Shown one piece after another: positions 1-12,600 of a stretch of DNA of 64,000 bases. Source of the DNA: Antedon mediterranea. Its lineage: Eukaryota > Animalia > Echinodermata. Every line of letters begins with the position of its first letter. Position 1 is the first letter of the stretch. Made by a program: the position numbers and the translations under genes. Under the pieces are notes generated by a model. That model was not told where the DNA came from, ran no database searches, and saw only the letters and a program-made list of their open reading frames with translations. The stretch covers positions 2,656,201 to 2,720,200 of the forward strand of contig NC_092670.1 of assembly GCF_964355755.1 (NCBI RefSeq), read 5' to 3'.

Positions 1-1467
1 CTCGTTATTTTACGCAAAGGAATCTTGATTAATTCTCCTGTCCTTTGGTCGGGGTCACCATGTTATGTTTGTTTTCAATATGTTATAGATACTGAGACTA
101 GAGACAGATGTAAATACAAGTAAAGACTGTTATTTTATTCAGCTCAAGAAGCCGTGTCTCCATAACAACTTTGTGTCTCTCCTGCGCGCTCTATCTTGTC
201 TAGAAGATCATATTAATTATTTAGTACAATAATGTAACACTGTTTATTTTTCGTAGCTTTTTAAAATTCCTCTCTATTTACAAAATTTGTGTACAAAAGA
301 ATAGAGATTTTACTGTGTAATTTGAACTACTACTACTGATAAGAAAGTGCTTATTTTCAACAAGCTCCTATAACACAAATAAAATCCCAAAAATTATGAA
401 ACATAGGGGAAACTATAGATTGATAATTATTGGAATGTATGATCAATAGAAATTTTTTGCCCGCACCTGGCCTTTAAAGGCGGTGGGGGTGCCATATTGT
501 CCATAAACCTGTTTAAGTTGCTCGGATATACCGTTAACAAAAGGAACACCATCGGGATTTTTCTAGTACTAGATGTAGGAAGAACTGGATTCGATTTGCA
601 AGGTGTCTGGTGTTTCTTTACCGTGGCACGCTTAAAACTCCAATCTGCGTATCCACAGCGTTTTAATGCCAATTTAACATGTTTAACTTCATTGTCTTTA
701 TCAACTTGTTGTGTGACAATAGTATCAGCTCGATGAAAAAGTGTCCTAATCACACAAAGTTTCTGCTCTAGTGGGTGATGGGAGTCAAAAGCCAGATATT
801 GGTCAGTCTGGGTTGGTTTTTTATACACACTGACCTAACCTCCCATCGGATTGTCTTTTCACAAGCATATCCAGAAAGGGCAGCTGTCCGTCTTTTTTAG
901 GATCATTGGTAAACTTTATGTGTCAATTCTGGCTGTTAATATGATCAGTAAATTCTTAAACTTTGGATTTGTTGATAATCACCTAAGTATCATCCACGTA
1001 TCGAAACCACACTTTCGAACCACATTTCGCAGATTTTAGAGCTTTAAGTTCAAAATCTTCCATATACATGTTCGCGATGATTGGACTAACAGGAGATCCC
1101 ATAGCGCAACCATGATCTTGTTGGTATAATTGATCTCTAAATTTAAAATATGTGGTGATTAATCAAAATTCAAGTAATCTCACAACTTCTTCCGCGTTTA
1201 AATATGTCCTCTTCTTCCAGGTGGTATCCTTTGACAAAAGATCTTTAACTACTGCTATCGCCCCGTCTACAGGTACACTTGTAAACAAGGCGGTAACGTC
1301 GTATGATGTTTGTACGTCAGTTTCCGATAATCGAATGTCTTTCAACTTGAAGTCCTGCGAGTTTAAAATATGGTGGGTGGATTTGCCGACAAGAGTTGAT
1401 AAAATGTCCGTAACAAACCGAGCTAAGTTGTAAGAAACAGAACCAATACTCGACATTATGGGTCTAA

Positions 1468-4400
1468 GGCGCCTTCGGTAAATTATTTCAAACGACAAGA
1501 ACGCGTTTCGATTTTGACCGTCGTTGAAACGTGTTTGACAATCAACCGTTCTAATTAGTGCATCTAATTGAATATTCATGAGTAGGACCACGTTCCCGAC
1601 ACGCCTTTCCAAACGGAGCCGGAGCGTTGTAGCGCGTTTGTGTCACGCAAACGGCTTCCCTTTGTCTCGCCAGTTCAAACAAAACATCGACGTTCGAACA
1701 CGTTTTTGTCACAGAGTCGCGTTTTCTATTATCTCGGACTCTTGCAAACTAATCGGGGAACCCCCTTTCGCGGCAAACATCACGGTATAATTGGACAGGC
1801 CGTATACGGTGAAGCTAAAACAACGTCTAATAATAATATGGTGAAGCATAAACAAACGGTTTTCGTAGATTTTAAAGTGAAATAAAATGTACAATGTATT
1901 TGTAGCGCAATGATTATATAACCGATCGGCAGTTCACAAATTGTAAAAATAACCGCAATTTAGCTAGGCGCAGTTGATCGCGAGCGAGTGACAGCAAATC
2001 GTCGCTTTGCATTACCTTCTATCTCGCTAGCTACTTGGCGCCAAATCACGTTTACACGAATCAATCGTTTATAAGCATCACTAAATCGTATCTTCATATT
2101 ATTATGACAGTATTAATATCGCGCTATTTACCGTTACTAAATACTAGATATATCAATTTATATTTCAGATAAAAGTTAAAAAATCGTCGGTAATCTGAAA
2201 GAAATCTATTTTAACAGTACGGTGTTTGAACCATGGGAAACGTTATGATAATCTCTTAGATAAGCAATTCTGGCTATACATAATTAATTTTACATGAACA
2301 TTATCAGAACACAAAAACATTTTTTTTTTAGCAAGAGGCACATTAATTTAGTTTTTGAATGGATAAAATTGATGCAGTATTTACAGAGTTACGATTTTAG
2401 CCGCTAGTTTTTCACTCATTTATCGGGCTGTTGAATGTTTTGTTTGCACCCCCTAACCCTGCAACGATTATATGCACCTTATTCACGTACTGTTTTTCCA
2501 TTCGACCGTATTAAGCTTATACTATACTATATATATTTATTATACTATACCAGCCAGGGAGTTGATATACTAGCCTGAGTAGGTTATTAAAATAATGCAA
2601 TAGCTAGCTTATTTTCACAATGAATGTACCATATTTAGTTCTAGGCCCAGCTAGTTACTTTTTACTAGGCCGGCCGGCAAATTGATTGTGGTCGATTTAG
2701 GTTATTCCTAGCTAGCTAAAAAGCCATCGAATTCTTTACTGAATCCCAGACTTGGGCCTAGCCTCTGTAACTAAACACCATTTTTAATTTAGTATGGTGC
2801 GTTAAAACAATTGTAGCCTAAAATTCCTTTTGGTGAATGAGATTCTATATAACAACAAACAATGTTGATTGAAAATCATAATGTCCATGCAATCACACAT
2901 GTACGGATTTTCTCCTCCATGATGAGCACACACATGTTTTGGGTGATTTCTGTTGGATCATTCCATTATGTAATAGGAAGCCACATATATTCTACATTTT
3001 TATTAAATAATATTGTATGGGTTTTACTTCTTTTATTTTAAATTTAATATACCGCACACACTTTTATGCTTTTATTTATTTCCAATGACATTAATACTAA
3101 TCAAAGCACTTTCAGATTAATACTAGCACATTTTATGATTCACTCACTAATGGAACAAACAAAAGGTAAACAAATAGCAGAGGGAATTGGCAACTAAGGT
3201 GGAACAGCCTGTGTTTTTAAAGCTTGATACAAAAAAACGTCCCTACTTCGTAAAATGCTTAATACGGCACCGATTTTTTTCATTCAGAAGCTATTTTAAT
3301 TAACTAAATCATTATAGGGAATTTAATGTACATATACTGACTGAAAAAAGTACAAAAATTGATTAAAAGTTAGTAACAGTACAGATGCATGGCCTTAGAC
3401 TTATTGTTAATGGAATCCCTGCTGTGTGTGTAAACACATTAAACCACATGGTGCGGACAGGGTGCACGAAATGTTAGGCGCATGTATCTCAGTTTCCTAT
3501 GCGTTATAATTTCCAGCCATTAAATAAATTTCCCACGATGTAAACGAACGTAGAGACACGATCCAACAAAATGACTAGGCCAACTTATAAAAATAATATA
3601 GCGTCCAGTCGATCCAGAAACGATCCCGACAAAAAAAGATCGTCAACAATTTTCATTCTAAATATAGTATCAGAACGTTCAGTCGGTCGCTCAAAAAGAG
3701 TGCCGACAGAAGACCGTAATTAATACATACCTAGTTTTTTTTTGTCACATGGCATGAAACACGATACTCTTTTTTTAAACATCGGTACCAGGGGTGGCTA
3801 ATTACGTGTACCTGGATTTTGTGTCACATGATACGTAATACTCTCTTAGCTGCTCTGAACTGTTCCCGCGATTCACATGTTTTTTTCCCTCCATCCAAAT
3901 TCTAGTCGGGCATTTTCTTTAATAATTTAAAAGGCATATCTTAAATGGAATATATATTTATATTACATAGCCTATGTAAATACGCTAACGTGATTGTTTG
4001 AAACTGCATCACATGACTACCGCTGCGAGGATCGTAAATCGTATATATCCTCGAGAACGATGATATTGACTGTGTAATTTTCGCGTAATTATCGTGTCCC
4101 CTGTCATTAAACATATAGATTCTCGAGTACGATGATATTGACTGTGTAATTTTCGTGTGCCAACACTCGCGTTGCCGATAAATAAACAAAAGTCATCAAC
4201 TCGATCTTGAACTCGGGTGGAATTGTCACTCCATCGCAAGACAACGCTTCAACCGTTGCGCCACGGGAAGTTGCTTGAAGAAATTAATCTTCTAAACTAT
4301 TTAAACTATGCATACATAGCGCCCTCATTTGTTAAAAGTCCACCCTAAATGTGATGAAACACCGTTTGTGATTGGTCAATACTCACGGTAGTAACCTAGT

Positions 4401-5505
4401 AACTAGTACGCGCTGAACATCCGGTGATTCGGCTCCTCGAAGATTGAGAAGAAGACGAATTGTTTATTCGGCCTACCTGATTATAATATTATTATTTTTA
4501 ATAGGCTTATTGATGGAAATTCTTCTGTTAATTTAAACGACCTAGGCCTAAGTGAATATTTTATTGCCAAGGAATCATTAATTAGTAATTATCTGTATAT
4601 TATTCTTCGCAAGGTAAGGTGTCTAGGCAGGCTTGTTTAAATACAATACAAATACTATAGGAGGCCTAGCCTAGCTTCACCCAAAACAGCAGACTTGTTC
4701 TTGGCTATATAATATAACAGATATTGCCTTTTATATCGGTTAAATATAAGATTTGACATCCCCTCGGGAATGATATTAAGTTCTCGGGGAATATATATTT
4801 CCCTCAGCTGGCGCTTCGGGAAATATATATTCCCTCGAACTTAATATCATTCCCTCGGGGATGTCAAATCTTATATTTAACCTCTAAGCAGTCAATATCT
4901 GTATAATCTTGCATATATTTTGTTGGTGTCCTAGCCTAGGTGTTGTTTTTTTTATAATTCGCTAACCCAAGGTAGTGTAGGCCGCATTATTATTACATTG
5001 CAATGTTGTTTACGGGCTGTGTGGGGCCGTATCAAGGGAATCCCCACAAACAAGGAATCGCGTTTGTAGCGATATTGTACGCATTGTTTTTGTATATTTT
5101 TCCGTAATTCGGTAAGGAGTATAACTCCATGCATGGAGTTTCTCCATGGTAGGCCTAGGCCTCCTCTAGAGACTGGCCACCTCTAGAGACTAGGCCCTAG
5201 TACCAAGGTTTAAAAAGTAATTTTTATGTAAAGTACGTCTTGACAAACGGCGGGCGTGTGAAGAACAATATACCGTTATCTGGAAATTTAATACTCAATG
5301 AAGGAATCGTACAAAATGACAAACAATAATGCTGCTCAGTCAAACGTTCAATGGGGCGGAGCAACATGCCAAACGTGAATAAACGCGTCCAAACGGGGTT
5401 CCCCCAAATGGTCTGCCAAACGCGTCTTTACGACCTTTGTCGTAATACAATAGCAAACGTGCCTGAACGCGTTCTTGTCGTTTGAAATAATTTACCGAAG
5501 GCGCC
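1468..5505. mobile_element. Non-autonomous PIF/Harbinger-type DNA transposon
   Basis: Perfect 40 bp TIRs GGCGCCTTCGGTAAATTATTTCAAACGACAAGAACGCGTT (1468-1507, 5466-5505); TAA duplication at 1465-1467 and 5506-5508; no transposase ORF seen. Confidence 0.9.
3950..4907 (-). mobile_element. Dispersed ~950 bp repeat with a terminal ~190 bp hairpin (copy 1, nested in the Harbinger-type element)
   Basis: Diverged inverted homolog of 24357-25275; hairpin at ~4715-4905. Confidence 0.75.
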
Positions 5506-5728
5506 TAAGTGGAATATGGTTTTTATGAACTTTCGGTAACCCATATATACACGGAACCACGCAAGCAATTGGTCTTAGTTTATCATACAAATATTGATCG
5601 ATGGATCCTTTCTCTTTCAGTTCCTTGAGAAGCTTAAGCAAACGGTTCCTGTAAGTGTTGGTAGGGTCTTTCATTACGAGTAATATTCCTACTCGGAGGA
5701 TTGGCATGCCTGAGAATATTGGTTACCT

Positions 5729-5970
5729 TAGAGGGGGGCCGAGAACTTTAAAAAGTCTATGACTCTCTACTAGAAACACCTAGTAGGAAGCCATCTGCGT
5801 CCAGAAGTAGGGAGTCAATCAGTCGTCAGTCAGCTAACACCCGCTGAGGACGGAGATGGTTTCTCCGAAAATATTACGGAAATTTGATTTTAGTGTGAGT
5901 GTCGTAGAACAGTATTAAACCTTATTTTAATGTTTATGACCGATATGTATGAATCTCTTCATTCTCATCT
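5729..5970 (+). mobile_element. Inverted Penelope pseudo-LTR fragment
   Basis: EGGREL*KVYDSLL resembles the C-terminus of a Penelope GIY-YIG ORF, followed by a hammerhead-like motif; opposite orientation to the adjacent RT. Confidence 0.6.
5841..5879 (+). ncRNA. Minimal type I hammerhead ribozyme-like motif
   Basis: ccg CTGAGGA c GGAGA tggtt TCTCC GAAA atat TA cgg: core boxes, 5 bp stem II, palindromic tetraloop stem III, 3 bp stem I; one extra C after the CUGANGA box. Confidence 0.6.
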
Positions 5971-6229
5971 CAAAATATGATATTGGTAATTGTATTAAAT
6001 AATGTTAGAAGTTTTACAAATTTGATTTTAATTTACATTATAATTTCTTTGATGATTTTACCACAACAAACAAGTGACATAATTTATGTAATCATATAAC
6101 TTAAAATAACAAAACTTTCTAAACTTATGCATTTGTTGGAAATTTGTTTGTAATTCTGTAAAAGTGATGTCCTGATTTCCTAAATAAAGTAGAATATTAA
6201 GACCTCAACTTTATTGAAATAAAACATAC

Positions 6230-6665
6230 TTTCTGCTGCATTTCTGGGTGGTTCAGGTTCATGACTTCTTGATCGTTTTCTTCTTGATCGTTTACTTTTT
6301 GATCGTTTACCTATAAAAAAAACATAACAATACAGTATAGATTACCATGGGTACTCTCTATTTATATCTAAGTGGGCTTCATTTGTAACATTTATATTTT
6401 CAGGAAATATTGTTAGTCTTGTTAGTCCAAGTGTAAATACAGTATCCAGTTTTTATCCAGCATTTATTAAGTAATAGATTATAATTTACTTATGCGTTTA
6501 TTGGAAATTTGTTTGTAATTCTGTAAAACTGATGTCCTGATTTCCTAAATAAGTAGAATATTAAGACCTCAACTTTATTGAAATAAAACATACTTTCTGC
6601 TGCATTTCTGGATGGTTTTCTTCTTGATCGTTTACTTTTTGATCGATTTCTTCTTGATCGTTTAT
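6230..6665 (-). CDS. Two duplicated basic RS-like exons (6665-6594, 6310-6230)
   Basis: DKRSRRNRSKSKRSRRKPSRNAAE and KRSKSKRSRRKRSRSHEPEPPRNAAE; both phase 1-1 with GTATGT donors, inside a ~365 bp local duplication. Confidence 0.55.
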
Positions 6666-9600
6666 CTATAAAGAAACATATAACTCAGGATATTCTTAAA
6701 GCAAAACATATAAGAAATGTTATGTGTATGGAAATGAATCGTTGGCCAAAACTTATATTAAATACAATTATTAGATTTAAGAATTTTAATTCAAGGTACC
6801 AATTTATTAATGAATTTGAAAAAACTTGTGATTATATTAAGTTCGATTTCAATGCCATTCTTAATGATATATGTACAGGTACTGAGATTGATATGAACTG
6901 GGTCAAGCCATTTGAAAATACAATTGGAACAATTAGTAGTTGTATTATTGTAGTTTTAGTTTGAAAATAACTTTTGTAATAGCGTCGAGTCAAATTTTAT
7001 GTCGTTATCTCAAATATGTTTCAGTTTTTATTTTTCATTGTTTTTGTATTGAAGCACCATCTACGCATGTGTGCCACTGTTAAAAAAGTGTTGTTCCAAA
7101 TAAATATTGTTATTATTATTATTATAGATTACCATGTTTACTCTCTTTTTATATCTACTGTAAGTGGCTTCATTTGTAACATTTATATTTTCAAGAAACA
7201 TTGTTAGTCCAAGTGTAAATATCCAGTTTTGGTTACCATTTATTAAGTAATCTATATATAAATTTACGTAAGGGCAAAATTCGGTAAATCGCGCCTTACT
7301 TCTAGAATTTTCACTCGATGGTATGTAAAGTTGGTTCGTACTTTCGGTACTGATTTTAACCGCCTGATGTAACCCTGTTTACTAATTAAATTGAGTTAGA
7401 TAATTAGTTATTGACGATTAAAACGAATTTAGGTTCAACGATTTGCCCCAAATAGGGGTGTTTTCCGATCGTGGTATACACTGTCTAATGGATGTCCGTC
7501 TTGAAAAATACCCGCCAAAAAAATGCGAGGAGGCTTCGCATTTTTCTATCTCCTCCTACGATAATTGTTTTTAATAGCTGAAAACCGGTTGAACAGCTAG
7601 AGTACACCATCATAATGTTGAAGACAGGCCGATTTTCTTTAAAAAATACTATTTTGATAGATTTAATATACGATTATACAAATGTATTGATTTGCGATGA
7701 ATGGAACATCCCAATCTCTCAGTCTGCCAGAGTTTGGTTTAACACAAGTACTGTAGGTAAATTTATGAGCCCTTGGTTTAACACATACGGTAGGTAAATA
7801 TATGGGCCCTTTGAGAATAAACTTGCAATACTTTGACAATACTGTAAATACCTATTAACTATTTTTCATTTGAATCGAACATTTCTTACTGTGAATGTTC
7901 GTACTGTTAGATGTAATATAAAAATATATACAAATAAACTTTATTACTGAGACTGTGGATAGGCTCTACTGTTAGATATACAAATAAACTTTATACTGAC
8001 AGTTCCTTCTCAACGTTTGTATTAATTAATAATTACCAAAAATATAAACGTCGTAGTGGTGTATCGTGACATGTACTTTAATATTTCAATCGATTATGAC
8101 AGTGACAGTTTTAACAAAGTATTAAATCGCAAATGTTTTAGGCCTACTGTATTTAGAGGTATATTATTTATAGGCCTATAAAACATGAACAAAATATTTC
8201 GTTACTCAGTGGATAAAGAATATATTTAAAAATTGTTCCTCTTTGTACCTATCCGCTTTCCCATCCCTCAACCCAAATGTTACATAGCGAGGAGGCTTCG
8301 CATTTTCCTATCTCCTCCTACGATAATTGTTTTTAATAGCTGAAAACCGGTTGAACAGCTAGAGTACACCATCATAATGTTGAAGACAGGCCGATTTTCT
8401 TTAAAAAATACTATTTTGATAGATTGCTAGAGTACACCATCATAATGTTGAAGACAGGCCGATTTTCTTTAAAAAATACTATTTTGATAGATTTAATATA
8501 CGATTATACAAATGTATTGATTTGCGATGAATGGAACATCCCAATCTCTCAGTCTGCCAGAGTTTGGTTTAACACAAGTACTGTAGGTAAATTTATGAGC
8601 CCTTGGTTTAACACATACGGTAGGTAAATATATGGGCCCTTTGAGAATAAACTTGCAATACTTTGACAATACTGTAAATACCTATTAACTATTTTTCATT
8701 TGAATCGAACATTTCTTACTGTGAATGTTCGTACTGTTAGATGTAATATAAAAATATATACAAATAAACTTTATTACTGAGACTGTGGATAGGCTCTACT
8801 GTTAGATATACAAATAAACTTTATACTGACAGTTCCTTCTCAACGTTTGTATTAATTAATAATTACCAAAAATATAAACGTCGTAGTGGTGTATCGTGAC
8901 ATGTACTTTAATATTTCAATCGATTATGACAGTGACAGTTTTAACAAAGTATTAAATCGCAAATGTTTTAGGCCTACTGTATTTAGAGGTATATTATTTA
9001 TAGGCCTATAAAACATGAACAAAATATTTCGTTACTCAGTGGATAAAGAATATATTTAAAAATTGTTCCTCTTTGTACCTATCCTCTTTCCCATCCCTCA
9101 ACCCTAATGTTACATAGCGAGGAGGCTTCGCATTTTCCTATCTCCTCCTACGATAATTGTTTTTAATAGCTGAAAACCGGTTGAACAGCTAGAGTACACC
9201 ATCATAATGTTGAAGACAGGCCGATTTTCTTTAAAAAATACTATTTTGATAGATTGCTAGAGTACACCATCATAATGTTGAAGACAGGCCGATTTTCTTT
9301 AAAAAATACTATTTTGATAGATTTAATATACGATTATACAAATGTATTGATTTGCGATGAATGGAACATCCCAATCTCTCAGTCTGCCAGAGTTTGGTTT
9401 AACACAAGTACTGTAGGTAAATTTATGAGCCCTTGGTTTAACACATACGGTAGGTAAATATATGGGCCCTTTGAGAATAAACTTGCAATAGGTTCGGAAA
9501 ATGTTAAAAACCAATTTCTATTATTTGAATCGGTAAACAGTTTCCATTTATTATACATTGATAATGAAACATGAAATATTCCTATTTATGTCCCTCGAGG

Positions 9601-12600
9601 TTCATTACAATTTATATTTAGTAGTCCCACGGACTTCATCTTAGCCACTCCCCCGAGTGCTAAGGCCAAATTTATGATACCCTACTTTCTATGTAAGTTT
9701 AGTTACAGTTAGTTCTTGACGATAATACAACGAATTTAGGTTACACCCTTCGGCCGCGAAAACGTTTCTGTACAAATATGATACCGATTGGCTTTATTTC
9801 ATTCAACAGCGACCATAATCTCGCCAATTACAGGATAGATAAACTATTTTATTATTGATGTGCTTATAAATTAAGACTCATGTAAACAGCTTGATTACAT
9901 CATTTTACAGACAAACGAAACTTTTTTAAACCTACTGTTTCAATAACTGAGTATAATACTGTATACGTTTTCATAAGTAAGTGCATATACATTTTCGTGT
10001 TTTCATTGACGAGATTGTAATAGTAACTTCAGTAACTATTACAGTACTTATTTATTATACGACACAAGACAATTGTATCTGACAGGTACGTACATTATTC
10101 TAAAAAATAAGTCTAGATAGATCCCTTAGGCGTCATAAATCACAGGCCAACAAATCAGTACTCATGACAGAAATTCGACCCAGTTTGGTTCACACAAATG
10201 TTTACAGGAAGTTCAACACCACAACCGATGATTTGCCCTAAATATTTAGGTAGACTACAGTTTAATTTTTCACTGAATAGGAGCTTGAATTTCCGATTTC
10301 CATTTCGCAGAATGTCTAGGTCTATTTATTTAGTTTGGTTCTTATAATATATAAATACAATCAACTTTATTACTGCGGTTCCATCATCACCACCACGTGC
10401 CGCCCAATTCCCGTACATACATTTCCATTTCTCCCTAATTTCTTTAATCCACATAAATTAATGGTCCTTTATGGAATCCAGTATTGGTTTTGTTGTCTCT
10501 ATTTCTGAATACCCCAATTAGGGGGACACTTCCGTTTTTGTTTAGTGTCCCAAAAAAGTCCCCGTCCGTGGATTCTACTGTATTCGAGAACCATCTGTGA
10601 GCACCCCTAGATGGTACGCGAGCGAAGCGAGCGTGCCATCTAGTAGATATAATTTTAGTTACAAACACAAAAAAACTATGATATTAAATGAATCTCAATT
10701 TTGTAGCAAGTTTTTTGTTTCAAATTATTTAACAATAATTTTTATTTTTAAATGATTTACAGTATGGATAAAACTTAGTGTTAACCATTAATGCAATCAA
10801 TGCTAAGAAAAATGTACTGTGCTTGAGAAAGTTTGCTAAAAACATATTATTTATCCATGTCTAGATTTACATTTTTTTTGTTTAAAGTATTGTAGTGGTA
10901 CTGTTGGTAGTCTCTTGATGCTAGCAGAGTATTAAGAGTTTATTAACAATATGTTTAAAATGAGCTATGTGTAAGAAATAAAGGCAACATACCCAAGCTT
11001 GAACTTCTTGATTTTTCAAGCTCCCCTAAAAAAAGAATAAAAATACAAATCTCAGTTAAAATTACGGTACTTAGAAAATAAGTACGGTTTAGGAAGGCAT
11101 TTAAACAAAAATACAGATTCAGCCAGTCTAATTTGTGCTGGAAAAGCATTCCAGAACACGGGGCTTATATACTATAGTTACAATAGTCCATTCTGTCATT
11201 AACACTAAGGTTAGATGGACATGTTTATTACAGTTACCATACTGTATTATTGCTTTTTATATAATAATAATTGATTATTCTGTCTGATAATATTTTTCAA
11301 CATAATATGTAGGAACAATGACAGCAAATGCACAATGTGCCTTCAGTGGTTGCCAAATTTAGGGCATGTTACTTAAAACTTGGATGTAACCACTGTTTAG
11401 TTGATGAAAGAAAGTTAGTGCCTGTCATTGCCTTGTAAAACTTGTATTCAAAGAACACAACAATACCTCCAATAAGGTTATCTCCATTGAAGCTACTATT
11501 TCCAGGTACTTCGCTCGGTAGGATTGCAGATTTATTTTGAACTGTAAAAAATTAATTAGAAAAGGAAAATTAAAAATTTACACATAGGAACCGTAGACTT
11601 GCTTGGATCAACTCATACAGTTTTTTTAAAAAGTAAAGACAGACTATTTACAAAGATGCACTACTGTTGAAATATTGCATAAAAGCAATATAACAAGAGT
11701 ACCAACAATTGTTGATGAAAATTACCACAATCATCATGCACCGCAAAATGAAAACTACAGCAATTTGATCAAATCCATTATGTTTTGGTTGTTTTCTGAA
11801 TGAATGAATGATTTCTAAAAGTTTCTACAACCAGTATTTGTTCACTGTTGTGAATAGTTTGAGCCAAATTAATGTAGTAAATTAGATGGCAGTGAGCGAG
11901 AGTAAGTGGATAATGTGATGGCACTTTTATGAAAAGTGTCTTTTCAATTCTTCCAATTCTAAGTTATGTAATGTATAATAAAATACCTTTTAGTACTTGC
12001 ATAGGTCCTTTAAGTTCCATGCGGTTTAAGTTTTTAATAAATGGTTGCATATTTCCTTCACAGATTATGTTTCTCATCTCAAGGTCCATAATCAAATGCC
12101 ACTGATCATCATAAACCTGTTCTGCATCATTATAAAAGTCATTCATTTTCCGTATATCTTTCTCAGTCAGCTCTTCTCCAAATTGTATCAACATTAGTCT
12201 GTGAGGAGTGAATTTCAAAATTGGAATTTTTCTAACATTTTGGTTTGTTCCAATTTCTTTGTAAATTTTACTTGCCAATCCAAATTGTTCTGTTGCTTTT
12301 ATGGTTTCATAAAACAAAGTTAAGTCATGGCTTGTTAAATGTTCTCTCTCCATTAAGAAGTTTAGCAGCTGATTTGTGTTAGATGCTTTATCTAACTGAC
12401 CATTTGACAAGAGATCTTTATACAGAATTTTCAGCTTATTGAGTAAATGACGACGATCATACCACTGTGAAAATTTTAGTTTAATGATTTTAAAGTTAAC
12501 TTGCTCTGGAGTTTCTACAAAAATAAGAACAGAAACATTTAAAAAACAGAAATATTATGGAAAATAAACTATTTTTGGTATGTTTACAATACCAAATTAC

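Larger units (their letters stand above)
480..5680 (-). mobile_element. Degraded Penelope-like retroelement RT, interrupted by a 4 kb insertion
   Basis: YGLPKVHKNHIPL|RPIMSSIGS rejoins across the insertion; SYDVTALFTSVP, GCAMGSPVSPIIANMYME, WFRYVDD (YVDD 1000-989), YKKPTQTDQYLAFDSHHP; stops and frameshifts present. Confidence 0.9.

Noticed and set aside
7615-9457. Three copies of a 60-67 aa ORF
   Set aside because: Result of the tandem duplication; no recognisable protein features.
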